Positions 17,896 through 28,435 of a stretch of 49,567 nucleotides of DNA are shown one piece after another. The translations under genes and the position numbers were made by a program. Numbering within the stretch: position 1 is the first letter of the stretch; each line of letters opens with the position of its first letter. Origin of the DNA: Escherichia phage CJ19; sequence record MT176427.1; one strand, 5' to 3'. The notes under the pieces were generated by a model, which had not been told where the DNA came from, searched no databases, and saw nothing but the letters and a program-made list of their open reading frames with translations.

Positions 17896-20800
17896 TTACG
17901 CTCCTGCTTTTCCTTTGATGTAATTGTAAACTTCGCCACCCTGTGAGCATGATTCCTGAATCATTTGCTTGAAAATCATTTTCACGCCTTGCTCCATACC
18001 CTTCGGATCGCTACCGTTATTGATGCTAACAGGGATGCTACCAATTGTCACGCCGCCAGCCATGATTGCGCCNCCAACGCCACCGCTTGACGTTCCGCCA
18101 ACCATCCCTCCATTCGCATAACCTCGCATCATTCGATAAAGGTTATCTACGCCAATTCGCTTTGTCGCTTCCTTGGTCATGACGAACTCACCCTTGTGTA
18201 CTGTTCCAGCAGGCTCATATTTCCCACCGTCTCCGGTGTACCCGCCAGTAGCGAACCATCCTGAGTTAGCGAAGGAGAATCCCTTACCACCAGCCGAGCC
18301 GCCCATCATGCCGGAGATTGAGTTGAAGATTACCATCTGCGTGATCATCTTAATGATCTGGCTGATAATGCTCTTTGCGAAGTCAGCGAAGTTGGCCTGC
18401 CCCGTCATCAAAAACTCAGTCATCATGTCAGACATTCCGTTTAATGCGCTCGTTGCGATACTGCCAACGTTGGTATACATATCCGTTGCCGCTGCGCCGT
18501 AGTTTTCAAAAGCGTTTTCAGCCCCAGCCAACCAGTCAGCACGCTTCGCATCTTCCGCCGCGTAGTACTTATCTTGCTCATCAAGCATTCTTTTTAGTGC
18601 CGGATCAGCATCTTTCCCGCCCCTGTTCGCCCAATCGGCTTTCATAGCCTCTCTTTCAGCGTAGCGTTTTGCCTCCCTGTCGCCCATCGCTTTGGTATCG
18701 TTGAGCGATCTTGTTGCCGCCAGCGTCTTATTCACGAACTTCTCTGAATCGTCCTGCAACTTATTCAAACGCTCTTGGACAACAATCTGATCCCCCAACA
18801 CCGCTTTCTGTTCCGCAAGGTCTAGAATCTTGGCCTTGTTTAAAAGGATTGATTTCTCTTCCTGCGTCAGCGCTCTCCCTTTCTGATCCGCCGCGATACC
18901 CTCCAGAATCAGTATCCGAGCTTGCTCGTTCCATTGCGTTTTGCGCTGCTGGCTGATGCTGTCGTTGATGGTCTTATGCTCCTGCAGTACTTTTAGCTGA
19001 GACTGCAAGGCGACAATATCCATTTCGTACTGATCGGTGATTTTAATACCCTGTTCGACTGAGTATTTCTTTTCCTTGTTTAATTTTTTTAGAGCCTCTG
19101 CCTCTTTGTCTACAGCTTCTTTTGTTTTTGATGAATAACCGTCTCCTACCTTATCATTCTTTCCCGCTTCAAGGTATCCAGTTTCCCCTTTTCTGATCCT
19201 GGCATCGCGCTCTGCGATGGATTTTAACAACTCCTCGTTTTGTTTTTTGGCTGCGTCAACAATTTTCTGCTGCTCGTCGATCACCGATTGACCGAAAGTG
19301 CCCATGCCAGGAATCCCTTGCATCGCCTTTGTAGCTGAAATGACGAACTCACCAATGTACTGATCTCCATAGTTGAGGATCACCTTGACCTGCTCAACCG
19401 TGCCAGCAACTACATCGGTGATCAGATTTAGCGCCCCTAGCGTCCTGTCGGAAACGGAACCCCACGCGTCGCTAGACCATTTCTTGATATTCCACCACAT
19501 TTTCTCTAGTGGGTTTGCTGATTCCGCAAGCTTTGCAATTCGATCATCCATTACATCGGCGAAAATTTTCGTCGCAGCAGTAACCGCCGCAGTTTGACCT
19601 TCCGTTTTCTTAAGCTTGTTGATGTATGTTAACTGGCCTTTCTCTAGGAAGTTATATGTCTTGTTTAACTCTATCAGTCCGCTAACCGGATCTTTTGCAA
19701 TCTTATCGAACTCCGCAAGGATCTTATCTGCGCTTGTGCTTGTTACTGTCGCCCAATCTGCCGTGGATGCGGTGATGATTTTGATTTGATCGGATGTGTA
19801 CTTGCCAGACTTAGCCATAGATGCAGCGATGTCCTTAACCGCCCCTCCGCTTGCCTTGCTGTTTTCGGTGATCGCATCGGTCAATGTATCCATTTCGGCC
19901 GCTGATTGAACAGCATATCCACCGCTCAGAACGATAGCGCTTTGAAGCTCACTCAGCTCAGAGTATGAGGAGTAAGCCGCATAACCAATAGCAGCAACCG
20001 CCGTGACAATGCCGCCGCCGAAAATCGTTGTCGCACGTCCGAATCTGGTAATCGCATCTTGACCCAAGGTTCTTACATCTGCGAATGCTGATTTAAGCTC
20101 TGTAATGGATGATATATAATCAATCACGCCATCCTTCGCTAACTGCATCGCGTTACCAATTCCGCCGAATGAATCGCTGATCTGTCCGCCCTGCTGGATG
20201 GCAACCATCCATATCGGCATCCCAGTCGCCATTGATGTTACAACATCAGTAATCTGCGCAGGTAGCATCTTCATTGCGTTTCGGTATTGACCCGCTGAGA
20301 TTCCGCTGAGTTTGAATGCTTCCGTTTGCTGATTTAACTTAGAAATCAAAGGAGACGCTTTGTCCGATACGCCCAACTCAGCCGCCCTAAGCTCAAGCAT
20401 TTCTTGCTTCGTCATCGTAGCCGCTTGAGCTTGACGCTCAAGGCTTCGAATGAAGCTATCGGCATCAGCTTTGGCTCTGGCTTTCTGCTTGGAATTTTCC
20501 GCCGCAGCACGCCCCTCTGCTGTCAATATAGAGCGTGACTTGATTAGCGCGTTATTCTGCGCCTCAAGCATTTCACCTAATTCGAAAAACTTTTTATCAG
20601 GTACAACTCCCTTTTGCCACGCCGCATCAAGTTGCTCACTAGCAGTTTTAAGTCGTGCCNTTTTGCTAGCTGTCGGGTCAATGACTCCCTCAAGCTTCTG
20701 GAACTCGGCACGCTGGCGTGCCAATTCAGCCGCAAGCTCTTTTGCCTTCGTCCTTGCCACCTGTTCATTATCGACAAAATCAGAGAGAGAGCCAGTCGCC

Positions 20801-20898
20801 TTATTGTTAGCCTTGGAGAAGTTCTCCAGTGATTTCACCGCCTTATCAACCTGGGAAACGTCAACACCAAGGGATAGCCCTGCAAATTTATCTGTCAT
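17896..20898 (-). CDS. tail tape measure protein
   Basis: ~1000-aa ORF, long coiled-coil-like Ala/Lys/Glu-rich regions, Gly/Met-rich C-terminus; start moved to ATG 20898 with RBS GGGGG; N at 18063 and 20660. Confidence 0.85.
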   Translation of the reverse strand: MTDKFAGLSLGVDVSQVDKAVKSLENFSKANNKATGSLSDFVDNEQVARTKAKELAAELARQRAEFQKLEGVIDPTASKXARLKTASEQLDAAWQKGVVPDKKFFELGEMLEAQNNALIKSRSILTAEGRAAAENSKQKARAKADADSFIRSLERQAQAATMTKQEMLELRAAELGVSDKASPLISKLNQQTEAFKLSGISAGQYRNAMKMLPAQITDVVTSMATGMPIWMVAIQQGGQISDSFGGIGNAMQLAKDGVIDYISSITELKSAFADVRTLGQDAITRFGRATTIFGGGIVTAVAAIGYAAYSSYSELSELQSAIVLSGGYAVQSAAEMDTLTDAITENSKASGGAVKDIAASMAKSGKYTSDQIKIITASTADWATVTSTSADKILAEFDKIAKDPVSGLIELNKTYNFLEKGQLTYINKLKKTEGQTAAVTAATKIFADVMDDRIAKLAESANPLEKMWWNIKKWSSDAWGSVSDRTLGALNLITDVVAGTVEQVKVILNYGDQYIGEFVISATKAMQGIPGMGTFGQSVIDEQQKIVDAAKKQNEELLKSIAERDARIRKGETGYLEAGKNDKVGDGYSSKTKEAVDKEAEALKKLNKEKKYSVEQGIKITDQYEMDIVALQSQLKVLQEHKTINDSISQQRKTQWNEQARILILEGIAADQKGRALTQEEKSILLNKAKILDLAEQKAVLGDQIVVQERLNKLQDDSEKFVNKTLAATRSLNDTKAMGDREAKRYAEREAMKADWANRGGKDADPALKRMLDEQDKYYAAEDAKRADWLAGAENAFENYGAAATDMYTNVGSIATSALNGMSDMMTEFLMTGQANFADFAKSIISQIIKMITQMVIFNSISGMMGGSAGGKGFSFANSGWFATGGYTGDGGKYEPAGTVHKGEFVMTKEATKRIGVDNLYRMMRGYANGGMVGGTSSGGVXGAIMAGGVTIGSIPVSINNGSDPKGMEQGVKMIFKQMIQESCSQGGEVYNYIKGKAGA

Positions 20899-20904
20899 AA
20901 AACC

Positions 20905-20935
20905 CCCAAACAAAAAAAGCGCCCGTAGGCGCTTA
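20905..20935 (-). terminator. terminator-like hairpin between GT and tape measure gene
   Basis: On minus strand hairpin AAGCGCC-TACG-GGCGCTT followed by TTTTTTT directly before tape measure RBS. Confidence 0.5.
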
Positions 20936-21256
20936 TTACTTTTTGTGCATGAGTTGTAGGGATAAGCCCTCCATTACTCGCACATCATTGAGTGCCATTT
21001 CCTCATCGTCTATTTTATAGATTCTGAACAACATCGGCAACACATTATAATCAAGACCGTAAGGGACGCCTCCGGATGATCTCCACTGAGTATTCATTGC
21101 GTTGAATATCTCCCATGACTGATACATTGACTCATCAAAGATTAATATCTCAGGCTCTTCATCCTCNTAATCTTCACGGGTCAATCCGTACGCTTCAAGC
21201 TCTGCATCAGTCGGTGATTTTTGGAACATCAACCGGATCGCCCTTTTTAGTTTTTT
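20936..21256 (-). CDS. tail assembly chaperone T-frame (GT fusion extension via -1 frameshift)
   Basis: ORF in -1 frame relative to G, open from the slippery heptamer; acidic (DEEPEILIFDES); N at 21168. Confidence 0.6.
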   Translation of the reverse strand, partial: KKLKRAIRLMFQKSPTDAELEAYGLTREDXEDEEPEILIFDESMYQSWEIFNAMNTQWRSSGGVPYGLDYNVLPMLFRIYKIDDEEMALNDVRVMEGLSLQLMHKK

Positions 21257-21561
21257 ACTCGCTGACCAACGAGGGCGCCCATGTAGGCTTGAGCCAGCGC
21301 CAGTGCAATGGATGGGAAGAGATCAACAATCGCCTGTGCGTTTTCGGAATTAAACTCATCCTCCAGATCCCAGCCAGTGCAAACCTCGTTGATAAAGGTA
21401 TAATCCTTCGCCTCGCCGTCATATAGCGCTTTGATTTCGCTTGCTTTCTTGTGGCGAACCTTGAATTTAATCTCAGCCTCATCTCCGTTTGGCATGACGA
21501 AAGAAACCGGAAGAATGAAATCAGGCAGTGCGCCCAAAGTTACTTTAAATTTTGCAGCCAT
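21247..21561 (-). CDS. tail assembly chaperone G
   Basis: Small ORF between major tail and tape measure genes ending in slippery sequence; start moved to ATG 21561 (MAAKFKV). Confidence 0.6.
   Translation of the reverse strand: MAAKFKVTLGALPDFILPVSFVMPNGDEAEIKFKVRHKKASEIKALYDGEAKDYTFINEVCTGWDLEDEFNSENAQAIVDLFPSIALALAQAYMGALVGQRVKN
21250..21256 (-). other. -1 programmed ribosomal frameshift slippery heptamer A_AAA_AAC
   Basis: On the coding strand GTA AAA AAC TAA ends the G frame; the -1 frame continues into the T ORF. Confidence 0.6.
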
Positions 21562-21603
21562 TTGAAATGCCCTCTCGTTAATTGAGTATCTATTAAACCA
21601 CAA

Positions 21604-21633
21604 ATAAAAAGAGGGGGCAATAGCCCCCTCGAT
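21604..21633 (-). terminator. intrinsic terminator after major tail protein gene
   Basis: On minus strand hairpin GAGGGGGC-TATT-GCCCCCTC followed by TTTTTATTT. Confidence 0.6.
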
Positions 21634-22308
21634 TTACACCACAAACTCTTTCATGTGAGTATATTTACCATCAAGTGAGATGGTCAGGATGGTCGTTTCA
21701 TCTTCGTTCATCACCGTGTTAGGGATGTCATCGAAAGATGGAGTACCAGAGAAGGTGCGGATCGGATAGCTTGCCTTCGGTACGAACATTCGCATAGCTC
21801 GCGTCTTGCCGTCTTCGTCGTAACCAATCAGAAGCTGAGTGATTGGGTTGGAGTAGTCGAAGTCGAACGTATACGCGATGGACGTCGCAGATTTAAAGGT
21901 CGGGATCTGCTTCTCTCGGTCATCTGAAAGACACTGCTTGGTATAGAACTGCTGCTCTCCGCCAGATTTTGCAATGTCGCTCACGCATGGAATCTCAATC
22001 CAGCTTTCGATCTTAACGAAGGTGGAAGCGCCGCCAGCGGGGAACTTGTTAAGGTCAGCCGTGGAAGTGTTCTTGTCGCCTTCAAGCGTGATTGATGCGT
22101 CCAGGGTTACTTCTTTCACTCGCATTACGCGATTTTTAAATGCAGCCCATACGCTTTCCAGCACCAGGACGTAATCGCCTTTCACAATGCCAGTGGTTGA
22201 CGCAACAGTCGCCACCGGATTTTCCGCGTTACTCACTGCGGTTGCTTCGATTTCGATGGCTGCTCTGGTCTGCTCAATAAAGATTTGGGAACCGTTAGGA
22301 AGTGCCAT
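21634..22308 (-). CDS. major tail protein
   Basis: 224-aa ORF immediately upstream of G/GT, followed by a strong intrinsic terminator (21604-21633). Confidence 0.6.
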   Translation of the reverse strand: MALPNGSQIFIEQTRAAIEIEATAVSNAENPVATVASTTGIVKGDYVLVLESVWAAFKNRVMRVKEVTLDASITLEGDKNTSTADLNKFPAGGASTFVKIESWIEIPCVSDIAKSGGEQQFYTKQCLSDDREKQIPTFKSATSIAYTFDFDYSNPITQLLIGYDEDGKTRAMRMFVPKASYPIRTFSGTPSFDDIPNTVMNEDETTILTISLDGKYTHMKEFVV

Positions 22309-22321
22309 AGTTAATGCTCCT

Positions 22322-22723
22322 TTATTCGTCGTGTTGTACTGTGAAGCGGATTGGAATTAACCAGCCTCGTTGTGATTTCTGCACGGGCTTTTGGCTCGCG
22401 CCTTCAAAAATAAAACCTACAGAAAGGATTTTACCATCTTCGAAGAAATTAGCAATTTCTTTTGCTAGTTTGCGCGCGTCATCCATGCCAGTATCAGGCG
22501 AGAAAACAATGCCAATTTGGACAAGGCCACGAATCCTGATACACTTACGGCTCAATGATTTGTAAGTTTTCTCAGCAGGAATGTAATCGAACTTTAGCCA
22601 CGTTGAGCCATCGTCAGGCTCTTTGAATGGCACGTTCTCAAACATGATCGGAAACCGACCGCCGAACTCAGATGATAGCGCCTTACGCGCCGCGACCGCC
22701 AGGTCGTAATCGTCATAAACCAT
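22322..22723 (-). CDS. tail terminator / tail completion protein (putative)
   Basis: Position directly upstream of major tail protein gene; start moved to Met7. Confidence 0.4.
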   Translation of the reverse strand: MVYDDYDLAVAARKALSSEFGGRFPIMFENVPFKEPDDGSTWLKFDYIPAEKTYKSLSRKCIRIRGLVQIGIVFSPDTGMDDARKLAKEIANFFEDGKILSVGFIFEGASQKPVQKSQRGWLIPIRFTVQHDE

Positions 22724-23156
22724 TTTTGCTCCTTGATTCAATAATTGCTTCAGCCATGTAAGTTCTCAACCGAACAGCCACCAGGCCAAGTACGCCAGCT
22801 GGCGCTTGTTGTGAATGACCATACTCAAGAGCGTTGGCGTATATCAGCATGTTGGAAAAGTATATGGTAGTCACCGCGCCGCCACGGCCTAACGGTAATG
22901 CGTTAGCCGTCCTTATACCTGACGCAATGGTTTTACTACCTGATTTATCGTACTCATTCAGTGCGTACATCGGTATGTGGTTGTAGGTTATCTGCCAGTT
23001 AGCTCTGAAACGACCAGTATCAACTGGTGATCCTTTAACTAAATCAGCGTGAACAGCCTTGACGAACTCACGAATTACGTCATCAAGGCCGGATTTAACC
23101 TGCTTAATCCACTTCTCTATATCGCCCTGGAACTTCCTGACGATGTAGTTAGCCAT
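22713..23156 (-). CDS. head-tail joining / tail completion protein (putative)
   Basis: Position in connector cluster; start moved to internal Met (MANYIV) giving an 8-bp overlap with upstream gene. Confidence 0.4.
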   Translation of the reverse strand: MANYIVRKFQGDIEKWIKQVKSGLDDVIREFVKAVHADLVKGSPVDTGRFRANWQITYNHIPMYALNEYDKSGSKTIASGIRTANALPLGRGGAVTTIYFSNMLIYANALEYGHSQQAPAGVLGLVAVRLRTYMAEAIIESRSKNGL

Positions 23157-23529
23157 GCGTCGCCACCTTGCGAAGTATCGGACGATAAGCGATAACGTGA
23201 GATTGAGTTGGGTTAACTGGTCGACTATCCACGACGCGCCAGTGCTGGCCATCAAGGATGATAACCATCCCGTTTTCAATTGGTGTAACGTTAGAGAAGA
23301 AAGCGCGCTTATCACCCAGCTTGATAGATTCACCATCAATCATGTGGTAACTGATAGCACGAACAGCGCCGAAAACTTTCCCGCGAACTTCAGGAGCCTT
23401 AACTTCCTCGCCATCAATCATCTGAACGCCTCCGCCAGTGATGATGATGTCGAAGCCGATCTCATCGTTTCCAGAGAAGGCATTAATCCCCTGATCGGTA
23501 AGCCTTTGGACTTCGTTATAATCAATCAT
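23149..23529 (-). CDS. head closure / head-tail connector protein (putative)
   Basis: Position in connector cluster; start moved to internal Met (MIDYNEV) overlapping upstream stop. Confidence 0.4.
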   Translation of the reverse strand: MIDYNEVQRLTDQGINAFSGNDEIGFDIIITGGGVQMIDGEEVKAPEVRGKVFGAVRAISYHMIDGESIKLGDKRAFFSNVTPIENGMVIILDGQHWRVVDSRPVNPTQSHVIAYRPILRKVATHG

Positions 23530-23939
23530 CGCACACACCCCCGCGCCCGAATACCAGAGATCATGCCGAAGCCGCCGCCTTTCTTCTTGTTGATAACGTC
23601 GTACATTTTGCCCCATGGGGTTTGTGTAATCTGACGCCCATCAGTGTTCTGAGTTACAGATCCGTAGCCAGTCGAAAATTCACCGCTCAGGGAGAATGAC
23701 GTTACTCGACGTGAGTAGTTCTCAAGACTTTCATTCTCGCCCTTCATTGCACCATCCAAAAACATCAAGTGCATGGTGTACAGGGCCAGTGCTTTGTAAT
23801 AGTCAGCACCGAATTTATTCTTGCACACGAACGATTCAGCCAGCACCATCCAAGCCAGAAAGGTGACGCTATCAACCTTTCGTAATGCTGGTGCCAACTG
23901 GCACATAAACTCGAACGCCTTAATCTGATCTTCATTCAT
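23526..23939 (-). CDS. head-tail adaptor protein (putative)
   Basis: 137-aa ORF first in the connector cluster after the capsid genes. Confidence 0.4.
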   Translation of the reverse strand: MNEDQIKAFEFMCQLAPALRKVDSVTFLAWMVLAESFVCKNKFGADYYKALALYTMHLMFLDGAMKGENESLENYSRRVTSFSLSGEFSTGYGSVTQNTDGRQITQTPWGKMYDVINKKKGGGFGMISGIRARGCVR

Positions 23940-23949
23940 AGTAGCTTCC

Positions 23950-23985
23950 TCATGTTAAAAAAAAGGGACGCATCAGCGCCCCTAT
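23950..23985 (-). terminator. weak terminator-like hairpin
   Basis: On minus strand imperfect hairpin GGGGCGC-TGAT-GCGTCCC followed by T8. Confidence 0.35.
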
Positions 23986-23988
23986 AGG

Positions 23989-24261
23989 TTATTTGTATTC
24001 CTTGCCAGTTTCAAGATCTTCAATATCTTTCACTTCTTTTTCCGGCTTAACCTTCGCGGACTTTTTGATTTCGGCGATGTACTCACGCGTGCGCTTCGGA
24101 TCATCGTCAAATTCAATGTCTTTGCGTAAGAAAAGATATTTAAACGCCTGAGATTTGATTTGTTCTTCCGTCACCTCCAGAGTGTCGTCAGGTTTCAGGT
24201 CTTGCTTTTCGATACGAACCAGACAAGCGCCGATGTTCTTAATGACGTTTTTCTTAGCCAT
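23989..24261 (-). CDS. hypothetical Lys/Glu-rich structural-module protein (90 aa)
   Basis: ORF between capsid terminator and connector genes. Confidence 0.35.
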   Translation of the reverse strand: MAKKNVIKNIGACLVRIEKQDLKPDDTLEVTEEQIKSQAFKYLFLRKDIEFDDDPKRTREYIAEIKKSAKVKPEKEVKDIEDLETGKEYK

Positions 24262-24338
24262 GTTTATTTCCTTTTGATTAGTTTAACGAGTGTATTGCCT
24301 AGACGTTCAATGTAATTGTTTTAATGTTGCATGTCAAT

Positions 24339-24369
24339 AAAAAAAGCCCCTGACGTTAATCAGGGGCTT
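24339..24369 (-). terminator. intrinsic terminator after major capsid gene
   Basis: On minus strand hairpin AGCCCCTGA-TTAA-CGTCAGGGGCT followed by TTTTTTT. Confidence 0.65.
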
Positions 24370-24373
24370 AGTG

Positions 24374-25333
24374 TTAAGCGGTAGCTTTCAGGCCAACAAG
24401 CATGATAATCGTCAGCGGACGATATACGATCAGACCAGTGGTCTTGGAGGTGCACGGAACCTTAAAGTGCAAATCCTTCGCCTGCATCGGGAGCATGTTG
24501 AAAGATTCTGGAATCTCGATGCTCATGTTCATTGGGTCTTTCTCATACGCCAGAACAGCTTTAGTGCCTGCGCCGTCGATGTCTTCCAGTTCAGAGATGG
24601 AAGAGATGGTGATGCCACCGTTCTGAGACTTGAACCAGTCCAGATAACTCATCGTGGTTTCCGGCATACGCTTAGCGAGCAATTTACGCTGTGACGGCGG
24701 GATAACGATGTCGGTGATCTTGTGCTGACCATTGGTCAGGGTTTCCATCTTCTCGATCAGGTCGGTCAGTTCTTCGCTTGCTTTCTCTGCATCGCCCCAC
24801 GCACCAGCAACAGAAGTCACACGGGTGATGTTCGGATGGTCGAAAACAGAGATGATCTTGTGAGGCTTGGACCCTTTGAAGACCAACTGGTTAACCAGAG
24901 TTTCGTGACCTTCGCGTGCCAGAGTCGCTTTACGATCTGACAGGCTTGAACCAAGTGCCGCACCAGTTTTAATCTCGTCGATAGAGATCAGCCACGCGTT
25001 ACCGAGGCGGTGAACTCGACCAGATTCCAGACTGTGAGTAGCGTCAACAGTTGGCAGGTCGTCGGTGTAGTCAGCGATAATCTTCGCCATGGTCACGCCG
25101 TCAAACTTGAGATATTCGAACAGGTTAGCGGTCGGGCTAATCTCAGTAGTGACAGGGAACAGAGCCAGCGCGTAGGTTTCAGGGTAAGCCGCTTCATACT
25201 GGCGCTTAAGCAACTGAGTCATCTGTTTGACAGTCCAGATGCCAAGCTGGTCGGCTTTGTTGCCGCTTACGCCAAGCTGGCGCATACCGTTAGTAATCAT
25301 GTTCTGCTCGAAAGCGTCGAGTTTCATAGTCAT
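24374..25333 (-). CDS. major capsid protein
   Basis: 319-aa ORF downstream of protease/scaffold and decoration genes, followed by strong intrinsic terminator 24339-24369. Confidence 0.6.
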   Translation of the reverse strand: MTMKLDAFEQNMITNGMRQLGVSGNKADQLGIWTVKQMTQLLKRQYEAAYPETYALALFPVTTEISPTANLFEYLKFDGVTMAKIIADYTDDLPTVDATHSLESGRVHRLGNAWLISIDEIKTGAALGSSLSDRKATLAREGHETLVNQLVFKGSKPHKIISVFDHPNITRVTSVAGAWGDAEKASEELTDLIEKMETLTNGQHKITDIVIPPSQRKLLAKRMPETTMSYLDWFKSQNGGITISSISELEDIDGAGTKAVLAYEKDPMNMSIEIPESFNMLPMQAKDLHFKVPCTSKTTGLIVYRPLTIIMLVGLKATA

Positions 25334-25451
25334 AATTTGTTTTCCTTTGTTTGTTAGAAAGCCGTGATTAAGTTCACGGCTCTATAATAGCATTTTTTGT
25401 TAAACGGTCAACAGCTTTTTATGTTAAGCGATTATGTCGCTCTCTGGCAAT

Positions 25452-25473
25452 AAAAAAGGAGCCTTTCGGCTCC
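25452..25473 (-). terminator. intrinsic terminator after decoration-like gene
   Basis: On minus strand hairpin GGAGCC-GAAA-GGCTCC followed by TTTTTT. Confidence 0.6.
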
Positions 25474-25490
25474 CTATTATGGTTCAGATA

Positions 25491-26003
25491 TTAAGCTGCC
25501 GGACTTGCCGGAAGCTGGAATTGAGCTTGAGTAACCTGGATTTTGATAATGTCGAAGTTCTCATCATCAGTCTTTAGCCACTCGCCGGTGGTGGTGTAAA
25601 CAGTGCCAATGCCAGTTGCCGCCACAGTACCCGAAGTGGTCAAGAATACCTGCTTATTGAACTCTTTGTTCACTTCTGGCAGGTCTTTAGCACACAGCAC
25701 CCATGCTCGACCATTTGTCAGTACGTTGATTGCAGAACCTTCGTCATAAGCACCATCCGGAGAGTATGCGTGAGACATGATGGCTACGCCCACCAGGTTC
25801 GGAGTTTCTGCCGAGATGGTGTCAGTTACGACTTTGTGACCATCAACAACCTTTCCGGTAGGGTCGAGGGCGACTACCACGCCAACCTTAATTTCTTTAG
25901 CCGCTGCACAAGCGCCATCAACGTTGTAGAGAGAAGTGTCAGCCAGCAGGCCTGCATATGCTTTTGAACGGTTAACCGTATAAGATGCTTTGATTAGTGC
26001 CAT
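25491..26003 (-). CDS. head decoration / abundant structural protein (putative)
   Basis: 170-aa Gly/Ala/Thr/Val-rich ORF with its own downstream terminator (25452-25473), suggesting high expression. Confidence 0.4.
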   Translation of the reverse strand: MALIKASYTVNRSKAYAGLLADTSLYNVDGACAAAKEIKVGVVVALDPTGKVVDGHKVVTDTISAETPNLVGVAIMSHAYSPDGAYDEGSAINVLTNGRAWVLCAKDLPEVNKEFNKQVFLTTSGTVAATGIGTVYTTTGEWLKTDDENFDIIKIQVTQAQFQLPASPAA

Positions 26004-26056
26004 GATATTTTTCCTTTTTCACTTAGAGATTAAGCGTCCTTTAGACCGCCATTTTA

Positions 26057-27187
26057 TTACTTACGGAAGCGAGCCTGTGGATCAGGAATCGCGTCATTAT
26101 CTTTGTCGCCCTGAGCGCCGTCGGCTTTGTCGCCGTGCACTTTGATGCGTTGAGCCGCCATTTTATCAGAATCGCGAGCGATTTCATAAGACTGATTGAT
26201 GTATGCGTCGGATTTTTCTTTTGCGTCAATGCCGAGAACTTCGTCAATGACTGCCAGCTTAATAGCTTTCTCGTCCAGGCCATCACACTTGATGCCGAGG
26301 CCGGAAGCGAAAGTGAGAACAGCGCCCAGCGCGTCAGCTTTCTCTTTTGCATCTGCCAGAGCGGCTTCAATCTGTGCCGGAATGCCGTCAACCTTTGCTT
26401 GCAGCGCGTCGCGCTCAGCTTGCAGGCCGTCAACTTTAGCACCAGCTTGTTCTGCTGCGTTTTGCAGTTTGCCGATGTGGTCAGCTACGTCTTTGGACAC
26501 TTCCACTTCTGCTGAATCAATTTTGATTTTTACGGTCATGTTACTTTCCTCATTGGTTAATTGAACATGCTCATCATATTTAATTTCTTCTGAGCCGTCA
26601 AGGTTTAATCTGGCAATACCTGCGCGCCCGTGCTTTACCTTGGCAACGTGGTTAGGCACGATGTTCGTTTGCAGTACGTCGAACTCTTCCCATTCGTCAG
26701 TCATGACAGTTCCGTTAGGGAATTGTGCCTCCATCCCTTCCGCGTCATCCTTGAAAACATACTCGCCAGTATTGACGTTTCCCCAACCTTCGCGATGAAT
26801 GTCATTAGTCTTGTAACCAACCGACAATTCTGCGGCGTCGCCACGCTTGGCGGATTCAATGGATTCCTTGTCGTGGATTACGATCGGACACTTTAAGCCG
26901 ATGCCGTCACGGCGACCAGCGCCAGATAGTGAGCCAACAACAATCTTTCGCGCGTTGTCTGTGCTTACTTCCTGGTGGCCCTCTACGATAGGCATACCGC
27001 GAAACAGTTCCATCGCCTCGGCCTTGAACACTTCGTTGGCTGGTCGGAACTCACGCTGCATTGTTCCATCGGCACGCATATATTCCTGAATGCCGATTCG
27101 TGCAATGATTGGCTCATCGTGCATGAATCCGTTTGAGTCAAAGCGCGCTTTCAGTTGCACGCTATCGTATCTTTGCTTGGTTGTCAT
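26057..27187 (-). CDS. prohead protease / scaffolding protein (putative fusion)
   Basis: 376-aa ORF between head morphogenesis and capsid genes; C-terminal half Ala/Lys/Glu/Asp-rich coiled-coil-like. Confidence 0.45.
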   Translation of the reverse strand: MTTKQRYDSVQLKARFDSNGFMHDEPIIARIGIQEYMRADGTMQREFRPANEVFKAEAMELFRGMPIVEGHQEVSTDNARKIVVGSLSGAGRRDGIGLKCPIVIHDKESIESAKRGDAAELSVGYKTNDIHREGWGNVNTGEYVFKDDAEGMEAQFPNGTVMTDEWEEFDVLQTNIVPNHVAKVKHGRAGIARLNLDGSEEIKYDEHVQLTNEESNMTVKIKIDSAEVEVSKDVADHIGKLQNAAEQAGAKVDGLQAERDALQAKVDGIPAQIEAALADAKEKADALGAVLTFASGLGIKCDGLDEKAIKLAVIDEVLGIDAKEKSDAYINQSYEIARDSDKMAAQRIKVHGDKADGAQGDKDNDAIPDPQARFRK

Positions 27188-27666
27188 TTTTTACTCCCGT
27201 GATTTTTATGAAATTCATATACAGACTCTGCAGCCTTTCTTGCAGATATTGCGTCATCTTTTCTATCGTATCTACCAAGGAATTTCTCCTTTTTGTTCAC
27301 CCTTATTGAAGCAAACCATTTCCCCGTTCTCTTACACCAGCTAACCCCGAAAACTCCGCTCTTGTTTGACTTGCTTATGGATACGTTTTTGCAATTCTCT
27401 TGCCTGGTTACGAGTCTTAGGTTCTCTATCCTGTTATCATCTCTGATATGATTTATATGGTCAATTTCAATTCCTTTGGGTATTTCACCGTTATGCATCT
27501 CCCATATTACCCTATGTGCCGGAGTTAGCCTCCCCATGATCCTAACGTAAATATATCCATCTTCATCCATCCAACCAGCAACGTCGCCAGCCTTAACCCT
27601 TCTCGATGTCGGATTTTTCCAGATGAGATCTTTCTCTATATGATAAAAATAATCATTGAAATTCAT
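27184..27666 (-). CDS. HNH homing endonuclease with AP2-like DNA-binding domain
   Basis: HNH core (IDHINHIRDDNRIENLRLV...QEN) followed by AP2-like segment (SGVFGVSW...WFASI...FLGRY); 4-bp overlaps with both neighbours. Confidence 0.7.
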   Translation of the reverse strand: MNFNDYFYHIEKDLIWKNPTSRRVKAGDVAGWMDEDGYIYVRIMGRLTPAHRVIWEMHNGEIPKGIEIDHINHIRDDNRIENLRLVTRQENCKNVSISKSNKSGVFGVSWCKRTGKWFASIRVNKKEKFLGRYDRKDDAISARKAAESVYEFHKNHGSKK

Positions 27667-28433
27667 AGTTGATTCCCACTGCTATCAAATGATGGCACGG
27701 CCCAGCATCGGCAGCCGTAAGGCTCACCAGGGAACGGATGGTCACTTGAGATCTCAATACGTTTACCTTCCCATTTTACGTGCTGCAATCGCTCGCGTTC
27801 GTCCAGTTTACCATGCCAGAAATAGTGAGTTACTCCAGCATCATCAAGTCGCTGGCGCATCAGTACGCTGTTCCATGTGGACACGATTCCACGTGAGCGA
27901 TTAACGGTCCAGCCAGTATACACCTTGTAACGCTGCTTTAAAACTTCATCAATCTGCTGACTGGTTTTATTGCGCACGTTTTCTACGCGTAGGTTTTGCG
28001 ACCAGTCAGAGATAATGTCGTTCGATAGCTTTAGAATACTCGCCTCAGCAGAGCCGCGCCATTGCGATGATTTCTCGCGATACCATGACTCATTACCATT
28101 AGCACCAAGCGCGCCAAGCAAGATCACAGACTGATTCTTTCCGCCACCAGCTTTCTTTGCCACGTTGAGGAATTGCCTTGAGTTGAACTTGTAGATGGTC
28201 AAGGCCAGCGCCGGAAGTGTGGCAACAATTGCTGCGATCAGTCCGGCAGCGTATTCCTCTAGCTCATCCTCTGCATCATTGATTTCTTCGTCCGAAGCGT
28301 CGAATCTCATCCCGCCAGTAAGCGATCTGGCTTTCTTTGCCATCTCGCCTGCGAAGGTTGACAATGAGCGGCTAAGCTGCCGCTCGCTTGCTTCGGGGTA
28401 ACTCCATTGATTTACAATGCCGTTAACCTTCAT
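27663..28433 (-). CDS. head morphogenesis protein (minor head protein, putative)
   Basis: 256-aa ORF directly downstream of portal gene. Confidence 0.45.
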   Translation of the reverse strand: MKVNGIVNQWSYPEASERQLSRSLSTFAGEMAKKARSLTGGMRFDASDEEINDAEDELEEYAAGLIAAIVATLPALALTIYKFNSRQFLNVAKKAGGGKNQSVILLGALGANGNESWYREKSSQWRGSAEASILKLSNDIISDWSQNLRVENVRNKTSQQIDEVLKQRYKVYTGWTVNRSRGIVSTWNSVLMRQRLDDAGVTHYFWHGKLDERERLQHVKWEGKRIEISSDHPFPGEPYGCRCWAVPSFDSSGNQL

Positions 28434-28435
28434 GA

